Source of the DNA: Lepidodermella squamata
Lineage: Eukaryota; Animalia; Gastrotricha
Direction of reading: 5' to 3'
DNA length: 64,000 nt
Assembly: GCA_047495785.1 (NCBI GenBank)
Contig: JBLDXI010000019.1
Coordinates: 744,001 to 808,000, forward strand
A program made the translations under genes and the position numbers. The notes under the pieces are model-generated. The model was not told the DNA's origin and made no database searches. It was given only the letters and a program-made list of their open reading frames with translations. Shown here piece by piece: positions 1-12,325 of the stretch (positions within the stretch are counted from its first letter, which is position 1; each line of letters starts with the position of its first letter).

Positions 1-49
1 ATTTCAGTTTCATAAATACAGTCCACCTCAAAAAAAATTAGCGAGAAAT

Positions 50-1643
50 ATGGCCAGAGTTGTTGTCGCGGCTATTATCACTCTTGTTTACTCCGCAACC
101 ACTCAAGGTGATACAAAAAAAATTGAAATTATTTTAAATTATTTTTATGATCTCTGATTATAAGGCCAAATTTGCGACTCGGGTAATTTTATCGATGGAA
201 CGCCTTATTTGAACGGAAATGGCCGTTACAGCCCGCTGCTGCAAATTTTCGCCGATTTGCACTTCACGTGCGCTGGCACTCTAACGCAATGGGGCATCGT
301 TCAACAGGGAAGCGGCGCCGGAACCCCGGTCTATCTCGACGTTTGGCGCCCGTCGCCTGATGGCATTTCTTTCTCCCTAGTCGGGTCGGTTCTCATAACT
401 TCAAGTGTAACCACATCGGGTGTTCAGACTTTTGCTGTCCCAGCTGCCCAGCAATTTCAAGTTCAAATCGGCGATGTAGTAGGCATGCACTACGACAGCA
501 CAACAATCCCGACGAACAAGCTGGTTGTTCCGTTCCTGGACCTGGAAAACGCGCCGGCTACAACGTCGACTTTCATCTGGAAGCTGCAACACAGCGATCT
601 CGCCGGTTTGAACAACGTCGTCAATGGCAACACCGCGGCTGCGGCTAACCAGCTACGTCTACCTGGTCTATTGGCCTATGTTTCGACTACAACAACCCCG
701 TCACCAACAACTACAGCGCTGACGACGAAAACGCCGGTGATCATCGCGACGTCAGGCGGAGGAGGCGGCGGGGTGGCCACCAAGGCGCCGCCTATCATCT
801 TCATATCGATTGGTGGGTTTGGTTTGAATTGGCCCGCGGTTAACACACCACCAAGCATAATCTTCACTTCAACAGCTGCCGCGCTGGCTATGGCGTCTGG
901 TACAATGATGGGGCAAGCGTTTCTCATGGCGGTCGCTAGCATGGTCCTGACTAATTTACCGTAAATTTAATCATTTTTCTCAAATTTTGACTGATTATTC
1001 TAAAACAGAGGCACCGCTGCTCAATCAACAACAATGTCGACCAAAGCTCAGATAAAGGAAGTCTATCAGGCTTTCCAGGATTTGACTGTTGGAGGAACGA
1101 AGGGTGGGATAAAATTACGAGATTTTAAAATGTATTAAGATGGATTTTTTTATTTCAGTTTGGATCATTCTAACCGTGGTTGTCATCGTTGTCAGCGTTA
1201 TCATCATCGTGCTCAGCATTCTCGTATGCGTTGCTTTCAAGCGTCGAAATGCTTATCAGAAGAAAGTGTAAGTGATCCTATAGATTTAATGGATTTTTTC
1301 TCAAAATTTTCCGATTTTCAGCGGCGGTTCCAGCGATGGGCCTTATTACAATTTGCCTAATGGAGTCGGCATTCAAACTGATTTCAACGCGGCTTTTGCT
1401 AAACGTGGCCACAAGGTCGACTCATCGACGATGACGAAAAAGTCGCTGTACCAACCCCCACCACCTATGGCTAAACGCAGCGAAGATTACTACCTACTGA
1501 AGGCGCAGGAACAAGCCCGACGCCCGCCGACACCGCCCCCTGTAGTTGGGACTAACAACACTGGCGGGGTGCCTCAAGTCATTCAAATGCATTTCGGCAG
1601 CGACTTTACGTCGAATGAAAACTCACGCCATCGCCAACATTGA
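50..1643 (+). CDS. Type I membrane protein, family member A (signal peptide, ~150 aa ectodomain, Thr-rich stalk, TM, tail with two LC8-like motifs)
   Basis: GT-AG exons 50-107, 165-960, 1009-1103, 1159-1267, 1322-1643 give one open frame: MARVVVAAIITLVYSATTQ-GQICDSG...LLQIFADLHFTCAGTLTQW...QAFQDLTVGGTKVWIILTVVVIVVSVIIIVLSILVCVAFKRR...GIQTDF...DSSTMTKK...PQVIQMHFG. Confidence 0.85.
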
Positions 1644-2127
1644 GTTCGGGTCGCTTTGAGACATTAATTTCAATTCATTTATAACCCTGAATTATATTCT
1701 TTTCTTCTATCATATGACGTATTCTCGAAATATTCACTATCAGTTTTTTAATGCATCCGAGCAATTTCCGGTGTGAAGAAAATGTGTACTTGAGTTGGTT
1801 ATATTCTATGATTCGGCTACTAATTAAGAACCTTGAATTTGTATTTATCTTTCCCCCATCCACTAATTGGCGAAGCTTTGTAATTAAAATTCTTCTGCTA
1901 TAAGTTCAAATAAAAAATTAAGTGGTCTGTAGAAGCGAGTTCGATTCGGTTTTTTTTCTCCAAGAAAAGTATAACGAGCTGATTATTTGCTCGAGCGGCT
2001 TGTTTGCATTTTGTACACCTGGGCGATGTGATTTTTTTCGTTCGTTGCCGAAAGATATAACAGCTTCGAAAAAGACGATATAGAGTTGTTGCCTCTTCAT
2101 CAAAGGCAGTTCTGAGAACTGTCAATT

Positions 2128-3736
2128 ATGCCTCGTTTCGACCTTTTGATCTTCACATGCTGCGCCGCGGTGGTCTCAGGTGAGATTTATAGGCTTCAAT
2201 AAATTCTGAAAAACATTAAAGCATCTCTGAACAGGCCAAACGTGCGATTCCGGTCCAGCTTTGGTGCAAGGCAATTTTCAAACACCCGCGCTGTTAAACT
2301 ACAGCCCTAATTTACAGCTATTCACCGATCTCAAATTTTCATGCGCTGGCAAAGTCACCCAGTGGGATTACGTCATCTACGGAATGCTGAAGTCGATTTT
2401 CTTCAGCGTTTGGCGCTACGACACGGTGACGCAGAAGATAACTCTAGTTGGCGCTAATCAATTGAACCCGACTACGTCAGCCCTAGGCGTTCAGTCATTC
2501 ATCCCGAAAACTTCGCAACAAATCAGCGTTCTGCCGGGTGATTTCATCGGGTTTTACTATATGGTGATGGAAGACCCAAAGGCCAACAATTCAATTCCTT
2601 ACCTTGACGGGGTTGGGTCTACCACGATCACGTGGCCGTATAACCACGAAATGATCACCGGCCAGAAGTTTGTCCTTGATCCGGCGAAAAGCACAACCGA
2701 GTCGACGAAACACATGCCAGGCTTACGAGCTTTGGTCGTCAGCCGTAAGTTCGAGAGCAAATTTTCCGATCTAATTCACTGATTTTTTCTTCTTTTTTTC
2801 CCAGCCACTGTAAGTGAAAGTGAAATCAGAATTAAGAGACAAGCCCCCCCAACTGTTCCAACTATTAACATCCAACAGATTTCGACCTCGCCGCCCAACC
2901 CTACGTCCACACCACCCGCCCCCACAACAACTGCCCCGAATCCTACTACGGCAGCTCCTCCGAAACCATCAACTCCAGCGCCGCCAGCTCCAACAGTCCA
3001 GCCTAATGTTGTCACCGTCCCTGAGGTCCCTGCTAAAGCAGCGGTCGGGGACCCTTCTACGGCTGCGGTTGTTAATAACAACCCTCCAACAACAGCAGCT
3101 GCTGCTATTGTCACCGATGCGCCAACTGGGCAGCCCGCCGCGGACCCAACTACGGCGATGCCAGCGGTGTCAGACGCGAACCCCAACAGCCCCGCTGCCC
3201 AACAAGGCGGATCGACGAACGCCCCAGCAGCATCCGGGGTTACATCCGGCGGCAACACAGACAGTCCTACTACAACGCTGTCGGCCATACAGCAAATCAC
3301 TGATTTCGGCAAAATGACGATTAATGGCTTCCCCGTGTGGGGCCTTTTCGCCATTGTTTGCGGCCTGGCTGGTGTCATTATCCTAGTTCTGTTGTTCCTG
3401 CTATGCTGGGCATGTGCTAAACCCGCGGCTGCGAAGCCGAACAAAAAACGAGTCCCGGCTGAATTGATGGTCTCCGTAGCGGCTCAGACAGAGTTCGACG
3501 CTGATTTCTATTTCGTCGCGACATTCGACAAATCGACGAATACCAAGCGGGAAGCTTGGTCCCACCCGCAGCCGAAGGAGAATAAGGAGCATCATAAGGA
3601 GAAGGAGAAAAAGTCAGATCACCACCACGAATCGGCGAATAAAGCCGCGCCACTGCAACCACGCCAGCAGCAAACGGCGCCTATCATAAAAATGATTTTT
3701 TCGGGCGACGCCGAGCCGAAAATAATCCACGGCTGA
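2128..3736 (+). CDS. Type I membrane protein, family member B
   Basis: Exons 2128-2179, 2235-2744, 2805-3736: MPRFDLLIFTCCAAVVS-GQTCDSG...LQLFTDLKFSCAGKVTQW, RIKR site, P/T/A-rich stalk, DFGKMTINGFPVW-TM-CWAC, tail AAQTEF...DKSTNTKR...APIIKMIF. Confidence 0.85.
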
Positions 3737-4216
3737 CATTATTGCAAGATCAGCTTTTATTTGGAATTCGCAGTTTGATGTTGTCTTGTTTCAAAGAATT
3801 ATTTTTTCAATTTCAAATTTCTTCTATTACTATTATAGTCTCAAATGCCCTGGTGATTAAGTTATATACGGTGACCCGATTTTTTTTCATTATCATATCG
3901 GTGAATATTTTCTTGTTTTTCTTTCGTTGGATAATAAACATGACCTTTCTAAAACAACGCCACATAGCCTAAATGATTCACTTAAATTTCAAGCGCCAGC
4001 GATTGCGTCATTTTTCATTCGCTCTGCGGCATCGTAGGAGCCGCTTCATGCAAGTCCTATACATAAGCCCAATTGAGGGCGTTGTCGGCGAAGGTCGTCT
4101 TCCCAACTTAGTTTTTTTTTTCGTTATCGTGAAATATGTTACACTTTATCGTGCTACATTATCGTTATCACTTCGGGAAATTAGACTCATTCAGCTGAAT
4201 ATATTAAACGCAAAAT

Positions 4217-5929
4217 ATGGATGAGTTCAACGCGGAGCATTACCGAGCTTTGAAGAAGCTGACAATTTCGATTTTCGGTGATGAGTCAACGTCTGATGTT
4301 ACTTTTATTGTCGATGGCCAACGAATTCAAGCTCATCGAGCAATCTTGGCCGCTCAGTCACCGGTTTTCAGGGCAATGCTCGTTGGAGAGAATTTTCGAG
4401 AGGGAAAATCCCGCGAAATTCATTTGCCAGGCAAACGCGCTGCAGCTTTCGAGGCCTTCTTAAAATACTTATATACTTGTTCGCAAAAGTGGGACCAACT
4501 AGATTTGGAGTTGATTTTGGAAATTTTACGAATAGCTCATGAGTACCAGGTTTTGGGCTTGCTTTCTGAACTCAGCGACCTGCTTCCGACACAGATAAAT
4601 GATGAAACGGCTTTGAAAATCTTCGAAACAGCCCTGTTACTCGGCCACAAGTCACTCCTTGATGCTAGCAGGAAATTTATTTTCGAAAATGCGAATAAAG
4701 TTGTTACAAGTCCTAGTTTTGAACAACTATCAAAACTGGCTGTTATTGCCTTGGTGTCCGACGATTCATTCTGCGCGGCAGAAGTTGGAATTTTACTTGC
4801 TATAGACCGTTGGCAGAAGGCAAATTCGGGCGAGAATGTTCGAGACATCTTGAACCACGTGCGATTTTCGCTGGTTTGTTTCGGTAATATGTCGATGGTG
4901 CAAATTGCGCCGTTGTATCAACTTCTCAACGCAAACAACGTCGATTTGAGTGAGGTGGGTAACACCGGAATAAGCGTCGTTCCACGGAAACAGCCGATTG
5001 GTGCGTTTCTTTTTCCTTTCAATAAATTTCAAATTTGTTTACGTGATCTTTTGCCAATTTGTAATTTCATTAGTTTCCCCTACGCTTAGCATAGCCACAG
5101 AGAAAGCTGGTGCTAATGCTATATACGATTGTGATGCTAGTAAAAGTTCTGGTAAGGTCAACTATATCTTCAGCGCTGGCATAGTCCGCGGCTCCTTCAA
5201 GACTGGTTCGTCTGTTACAACAGACTTGGCGGAAACAATTCGCTGTGAGTCGATGGCATTTTGCATATTTGGCTTTTCGAATGATGATAAGAGCGAATAC
5301 GCTGCGATGACTGTAGATATTTCTAGAGACAGAAAGGAATGGGAGAGAATTGTAAACTGTTCAACGGAAAATTGCCACGGTCTTCAGCTGATAATGTTCA
5401 AATCTCGGACGTTTAAACATGGTAATAACACTAATTTTGCTAGAGCTGGGCATTAAATCATTGATTTTCCGAACTATGTATTATAGCATAGAATTGTATA
5501 ACTAAATACTATAAATCTGAAAAGCTGAAAAAACACTTTTCTTACTTTTCTTACTTTGGTTGTGCCAAATGCTCACCCCAAGTTCAGGGTTTCAGCGCTA
5601 AATTACCAAAAATATAGGTTTTCGAGTTTTTTGTTCTTAAAATTAGCTTGCATTTAGTGTTGGTAGCTCTACTTTTATTTTATTTTGATCTAAATACTTG
5701 AACCCGATCATTTATCACCTCAGTTTATCGTGTTAATTTCTTTGTTTTAGTTAAAATTACTGGGTTGATGCCTGCACCCCGCCAACAGTGCTCAGCGTAT
5801 TCGATCACATCGTTCCAGTGCCCGGCCGAGAAACTGACTGAACAAGATATCGAGCGGTTCAAATCAAGATGCCCTAACGGCGAAACCTTACGTTATCAGG
5901 CTCATGGATCAAATGTTTCTGTTCATTGA
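4217..5929 (+). CDS. BTB-BACK protein with C-terminal discoidin/F5-8-like region (BTBD9-like Cul3 adaptor)
   Basis: BTB motif SDVTFIVDGQRIQAHRAILAAQSPVFRAML; BACK-like helices; exons 4217-5000, 5074-5421, 5751-5929. The C-terminal SIATEKAGA and EWERIVNCSTENCHGLQLIMFKSRTFKHVKITG segments resemble BTBD9. Confidence 0.8.
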
Positions 5930-6070
5930 CCTTAATGTGAAGGAAAAATGTCTCGGAATCGTGCGTTGAAATAAAAGTCCCCGGAGCTGAAACTGAGTCG
6001 CATAAGGGTTCATATATAGAGTACCCCACCTTTTTTGCCACTAAAACTTTGCCATAAATCCGAAATTCAT

Positions 6071-6114
6071 CCTAAACCTATCCCTAACCCTAACCCTAAC
6101 CCTAACACCTAACC
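6071..6114. repeat. Short interstitial telomere-like repeat (CCCTAA)4 with degenerate flanks
   Basis: Four perfect CCCTAA units at 6082-6105, flanked by cctaaa/cctat and cacctaacc. Confidence 0.85.
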
Positions 6115-6552
6115 ATTGATCATCGTTTTGCCAAACGCGCAATAATTGATGAAAATATGTATGAAACAAAACTTCGAAATAATTATTGAAGCATGAACAG
6201 GAATGAAGTAATCATGATATTTTGCTACCTTTAATCCGACTGGCAATTCTTCTATGGCAATTCTGACAATTCTGAATGGCACAGTAACTGAACACGGTAA
6301 CCACAGTAACGAGCTCTCAACTGTGGGATAAATGCTCCCAATAAATATATAAATAAATAAATAATAAATAAATAAACGCTTCATCGAAGAGAAGAAAATT
6401 GGTAGATTGGGATGGACGCTTTGATAAAACATTTTTGGGATAATGATAAGATAAGAAAGGCTTATAATGCTTATACACAGTATTACTATCCCAGAATTTG
6501 TTTGTAAACTTGGTATTTTCCTCGGCAAATTTAAAATTTAACCTAAATACCT

Positions 6553-8015
6553 ATGGCTAGCATTGAAAACAATCCGCTTGCTAGCCATGTCGAAAAAGTT
6601 CTCGACGACTTCTTAACTTGCGTCATCTGCTTCGACCCGCTTACGGACACTCGAATGTGCACGTATTGCTCGAAAATGTATCATTCATGGTGTATTGAGG
6701 GCTGGCTGAAAGATCACGATCCGACATGCCCATCGTGCCGTGAGCATATTGCCGGGGTCGATTACTTACCCACAGTCCGGTAATTATTTTAACTTTCAAA
6801 GCTCTTAAATCTAATAATAAATAAATTTTAAGATGGGTTGAAGAACTGGACAGAAAAATTCGAGCTTTAGCCACTGTTCCAATCTCAATTCAAGCCACAA
6901 GTAACGAAGAATCCGAGGGCAGTAGACGGTCTTCCCGTATCCAGTCGATGGAAATCGTTAATGGGCCTGCTCCCCCGAGCTGGGATAAGCTACAACTGGT
7001 CGAAAATTACGTTCAAGTTGCCCATCGTTGGTTAGTTGCACTGCTGAAACTTCCGAATTATTTACTATCCGTTGCAAGAGACGGAACTGTAACGGTAAAT
7101 TATTGAAATTTTATTGGAAAAATGGTAGAAAATTCTACAAAATTCCAGGCTTTGTCGACATCAGGTGACCAGGCTCCGATTTTTACGACAAAAATTGAAA
7201 TCGAAGGCCCTCCACTCACGTTTGTCTGGCACGCCGCCTATGATGAACGGCGAAGTCGAGTTTTATTCTGTTATCACTACGTCGCTAACATTTTAGCCGT
7301 AATTGGCGCTAATTTGATGCCAGTCGCCATTTACTACGCCGATGTAGCTGCTATCGAGTCGAACCCCAATGGCAAACGTCTCAAAACTAAGCTGCTGTTC
7401 AAACGATCCGATTGGAGCTGTTTAGGCATGGCGATCGAGCGAACGACTGATACGCTGTACTGCGCTGATTGGATTCATGGAAAACTCGGAGTCTGGAAAC
7501 TTTCGATATTAGATGGCAACCAGGCTGCTGAGCCTATCGACGTGATTTGCACGAAAAAATGTCCGAATTCTATCAATCGATTTTACCCAACTCGATGCGC
7601 GATTACGGCGGTTAAATCCGGCGGTTCAAAGTACAGGCTGGCTGTATCGGATTGGTCTAATGACAAAATTCACCTATTCACAGTCTCGTTTTCGCCTGAT
7701 TACTCTCAAATCGATAGCCGTTTTGATACAACCCTAGCGACTTATGGCAGTAAGTTGGGGCAGGTTTACGGGCCTGTAGATCTTCAATTCGACCATTCAA
7801 CCGGCTATTTAGTGGTTTGCGATCAGCGAAATTGGCGGATTCAAGTTTTCGCACCTAAATCGAATGATTCAGGCTATTACGCGTCTATCAGCGAATCGGT
7901 TGGTCAATATTTTTCAGCTGTGGCCGTTGCAAATAATAACAACCAGGAAAAATTCGTCCTAGCTGGTTTGAATGACGGGAAAGTTCGTTATTACAAGGTT
8001 ATTGATCGAAGTTGA
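6553..8015 (+). CDS. RING finger (TRIM37-type) plus NHL/beta-propeller protein, putative E3 ligase
   Basis: Exons 6553-6779, 6833-7094, 7149-8015. RING: CVIC...CTYCSKMYHSWC...CPSC...VRWVEEL. NHL-like repeats: GSKLGQVYGPVDLQFD...LVVCDQRNWRIQVF and LAVSDWSNDKIHLF. Confidence 0.8.
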
Positions 8016-8050
8016 AATTCAAGTAAAATATTTTATTCTCGAAATTTTTG

Positions 8051-10420
8051 TTACATGGTTTCTGCGGCTGGTTCATTTTCATCTGACGGTTCAGGTGGAA
8101 GTTCTGTCACAATAAGTTTGACGACTTTGTTAAATTCGTCCAAAGGTTGGGCGCAAAACGGGCAGAGAGAAACGCCGTGTGACGTAGTTCTAAAAACGAT
8201 ACTAGCCCAGAATCTCGCCGTAGCTGCGTTGACTAAATGACCACAAGGGTTGAAGCAGCGATCAAGCCGTTCATCGCTCATGAAAAAGCTAGGCTCGAGT
8301 GATTCTTGTAAACGGATGAAACGCCCAGGTCGGCGGCAGGCTACGACAGCGCAAGCATTGGGCGGCTGAGGGGCGCCGGTGCCGTCGCGGGTCGCCGTGA
8401 CCACGTGCCCGCATTCGGAGTAAACGCACGGGTGGCAGTTTTTCTCGTTGAAAATTAAAGTAGTCTTCGAGCCGGCACAGCTGACTGATTTTCGTAATTT
8501 ATTGTCGATGAAGCCTTGTTTCAACCATGCCAAGCTCTGAAATTTGAAAGAGGTTTCAAATTTTGAAGGAATTTTGAAAATTTGAAATGTTACAAGGTGT
8601 CCCAGAAATTGCGCAGCCATTTCCTAATTTGGCATAGTATTTTTGTAGGGAATTAAACTATTTTTTAGCAAATTGAACCCACGGAGAAAAAATTCCATCT
8701 GTCATTCGCGATTTTACCGAAGAAATAAAAAATCTACAGGAGGAAACGTGCAAAAACCCGATGGTAACTGTTTCGGTAATTTTCGGTATTTTACCCGGTT
8801 GGATCTAATTTCTCCGGACCTTTTTAATCCCATTAACATGTGTCATACTAGCTCAATATTTTCGTAATTTTTACATTTTTATAATTTTTTCTGACCATGA
8901 GATGCGGCTTCGTCTCTCATTTTAGAGTTTCTAAACTCATTTCCGAGTATTTTCTTTGCTTGCGCTACTTATGGGACACGCTGTATTTTCAGTCATTCGG
9001 GTCATTTTCCAGCATCACTTCGGAATATGTACTTTGCGTGATCCTAATGAATTTTTCTGATTTTTGGGAATTTTGATATCGATGCCCTCCGTGACCTTGG
9101 GATTTTTTATTTTAGTTGCCATCAGCTAGGAAGAAAAATGAAGACTTCTGATATCGGAAAAATCACTGATTTGTAAAATCGATATCGGAAATCGATATCT
9201 GCTCTGCTGGCTGAAGCATATCTCCTATCAGACCGCGCATAGCTCAAAATACGTGCAACAGTGAGATCTTATTGGTTAGGCATGACAATAAAACACTTGA
9301 GATCCCATTGAAACTCGAAATCTTACGTTGGAGCCGCAAATTTAGCGATGGAACCCGAAATTAAAGGTGCGCGCTTGGCACTTCCATTTTACGTTTTGGG
9401 TGTCGATCGAAGTTATGAACTATTTTCAGAATCGATTTACTTCAACAGCTACGGCTACAGAATTTACTCGGCTAAAAAACATTCATTTTTGCTGTTGAAA
9501 TTTGTTGAAATGCCGCAAATTCGATGTAAGAAAATGCGAATTCATACACCCTTGATGCTATACAATATTTGAGTTGTTTACTTTTTACTTACCACAGGAG
9601 GTTGTGAGGTACGCCAATACAAGTGAACTCCGCCGAGATCTATAATGGTCCCCTCAACCAGCGTGTTCGCCTCGTCTATCGCCTCGTCATCCTTGGACGG
9701 CCGCCCCCTCGATTCGCGCACCCTGAAAAGGCGCCCGAATACGCTCACCTCACGCCATTGGTTTGTCCACGATAAATCCCCGCTAGCCCGCATCGAATGA
9801 GCGCCTAATCTCGGCCGGAGGACAAGCACGCCGTTTGAAGTGAACGCATCCAAGGACCCATCGATGCATTCGATAAGGGTTGAAGCGTGCTCACCGATAA
9901 AAATTTTCTGATCCTCGTCGAAAGCGGCGGCGAAAATTCGCGCCACGCCATCCCCTTCCCGCTGCTCAACTAAAATTCGAGCGGCGAAACGCGATACCAA
10001 GGGTATTTCATAAGGCTTCGGTGCATCGACATGGAAATCGATAGCTCTCGAGCTACTACGGCCTAGTTGGTACATTCGAAGATCTTGCGTCCGAATGAAG
10101 GGAACTACTACGTCTTGGCCGTGTTTTTCCAGGTGTATCGTGGCCTGGTTAGCCGGGTCGTTCGCCCGCAATCGGTCATTCTCAGTCGCCATTCGAGCCT
10201 CGATTAACCCAGTTCTTAGGCCATACACAGATTTCGGCTCGTTGAGTACAATTTTAAAATTGTGCTTTCGATATTCATCGGATGAGCCATTCATTCTTAA
10301 AAATTCGAAAATAATAACGGAATTTTCATAAATTTGGAACTTAATTCACCCTAAAACTGAGAGGATTCCATTTTCTGGCTGTGACGTAGTAATTGTCTTT
10401 TCGCGATCCATACTCGACAT
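8051..10420 (-). CDS. Pellino-like E3 ubiquitin ligase (FHA core plus C-terminal RING-like domain), divergent
   Basis: Exons 10420-10350, 10295-9593, 8623-8594, 8536-8051. Pellino motifs GILSVLGMNG, YQLGRS, VSRFAARI, FAAAFD, DAFTSNGVLV, WREVSVFG, CGHV...PCGH...FWA...CPFC. Confidence 0.85.
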
Positions 10421-10853
10421 GACAATATCGTACTGCTTCGTCAAATTAAAAATACTCATTTGACTGGGATAAATCAGCTGAAAACTCGGTTCTTGTTTTT
10501 CTCCAATTCACACACTGGTGAACCTTTCATCTGAGACATTCTTTTTTCCTTTCAGCTTTTGATTTGTGGTAAAAAAAAATGGCCATTTCCTTTGACTGGA
10601 CGGCAAAGCAGTATCTATAGCTATAAGGCGGGAAAAATTATGATTGCAAATATAGCGACCAGGTGGTCATCAGCACGGCACGCGATTAGCAAAAAGTGGA
10701 ATATAGACCAGAAATTAGACACGCGTAACGGCACAATGTTGGCCACGTGTTGCTGAGTTTCGTGGTTTAAAAGCTGACATTTCACCGCAGTCAAATCATC
10801 ATTTTACAAACATTTTAGTCAAACAGCCTTGTTTTATCCTTTAGTTGGTCGAA

Positions 10854-11993
10854 ATGTTTTCGTCAGGTGCGCATTTTTTGCTGAATTTTTTTGCATGAAA
10901 AATCGGTTTTATTACAGGTGTCCTTATTGCGCTGATGGTGTGCGCAGTTGCCGCGAGGCCGCAGCACAAGTTCCGCTTCGAAGAGCGCGATGCTGAGGGC
11001 ATTTCAGAAACCGTCCAAGTGTCAGTTGGCGCTAATAACGACAACAACACCGTTGTCACTGATAGCGTTACCGAGAACAACGGAACAGCGGAAAGCGGCG
11101 TCAACGTCGAACTGGTCCGAGCGAACGCTAGGCTGACTCCGAACAACAACAACCGCGCGATCGCTGACGGCAGGAGGACTCTATCGACTGATCGCAATAA
11201 CTTCATTGGCCGAAAGACCGAGACTCCGATCTATGTTATCCCTGAGTCTGTCTGGGCGCGTTTGTTCGGTGGCTACGGCGTCGATGAATACGACTACTTC
11301 AACCAGCAACGTGGCTTCTTCCCGCAACAGCGCAACTTCTACAACCAAGGCAACTTCGGCTACGTCCAACCTGGCTACGGCTACCCTGGCTTCGGTCAGA
11401 CCCCGGCTTACGGCTACGGTGCTCAGGGCTACGGTCAAGGTGGTGCTTTCGGTGGTCAAAACTTCCGCGCTGGTTACCCTCAGGGTGCTGGTTTCTTCCA
11501 GGGACAGGGTTACCAAGGAGCTGGCTTCCAACCCTTCACCGGTCAGGGTTTCCAAGGACAGGGTGCGGGTTTCCAACAATTCGCTGGACAGGGTGCTGGC
11601 TTCCGTAGCTACCAGGGTGCTCCAGGTTTCGGCGGTCAGGGTGCTGCTTTCCAGGGTGCTCCGGGATTCTTTCAGGGTGCCGGTTTTCAGGGAGCTGGTT
11701 TCCGTCAGGGCGCTCCCGGCTTTGCTCAAGGCGCCGGTTTCCAAGGTTTCCCAGGTGCTCCCGGCTTCGCCCAGGGTGCTGGCTTTCAGGGCTTCCAGGG
11801 TGCTCCCGCGTTCGGTGCTCAAGCTGGTTTCCCCGGCAACCCGATGATTGGTGCTGGTTCTGGTTTCCGCGCTGGTCTCCCGAACGGCTTCGGCGGCGCC
11901 CGCTTCGCCCGTCACTACCTCGGCCCGAACCGATTCTACCGCCACCTCGACGATGACGAAGAAGAACACGACCACGACGAAATCGATGATTAA
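10854..11993 (+). CDS. Secreted Gly/Phe/Gln/Ala-rich low-complexity protein
   Basis: Exons 10854-10866 and 10918-11993 give signal peptide MFSSGVLIALMVCAVAA. Many QGAGF/GAPGF repeats; acidic and His-rich tail RHLDDDEEEHDHDEIDD. Confidence 0.8.
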
Positions 11994-12204
11994 TTTATCT
12001 CACCAGACTTTCAGTCAACATTTTATCGATTGTTCAATCGTGATTTTTTAGCCTTATTCTTACGATGATGATGATAATCTATCTGTAAAAAATTGCCAAT
12101 AATCGAAACATTTTAATAAATAAAACACAAAATTGGCAAGGATATAACGTCTGTGTGTTTTTGTTTTATGAACGTGGGAAATATTGCGCGAACGCTGTGC
12201 GCAT

Positions 12205-12225
12205 TTCCTTCCGCAGTTTATTTGC
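12205..12225 (+). promoter_or_regulatory. Conserved upstream element TTCCTTCCGCAGTTTATTTGC (copy 1, before member C)
   Basis: Identical 21-mer at 14125-14145 and a 19/20 match at 15383-15402; lies ~100 bp before the ATG at 12326. Confidence 0.7.
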
Positions 12226-12325
12226 GCGTTAAATTCGTCCAACTGTTCGCGAAGGTAAATAATTCGAATCACCAGCGCGCAGTGTGTAATCTTTTTATCA
12301 AGGTTGGTGATAATATACCGAAAAA

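Noticed and set aside
5973-5986. AAAAGTCCCCGGA resembling the RNase MRP CR-I motif
   Set aside because: It overlaps the likely AATAAA of the BTB gene, and no complementary P4 partner was seen downstream.
6109-6528. 139-aa hydrophobic minus-strand ORF
   Set aside because: AT-rich low-complexity intergenic sequence with no ATG start and no motifs.
11300-11930. Gly-rich protein as a neuropeptide precursor
   Set aside because: The repeats are not separated by dibasic or G-K/R amidation and cleavage sites.
11181-11975. 264-aa antisense ORF and 213-aa alternative-frame ORF over the Gly-rich gene
   Set aside because: Shadows of repetitive, biased codon usage.
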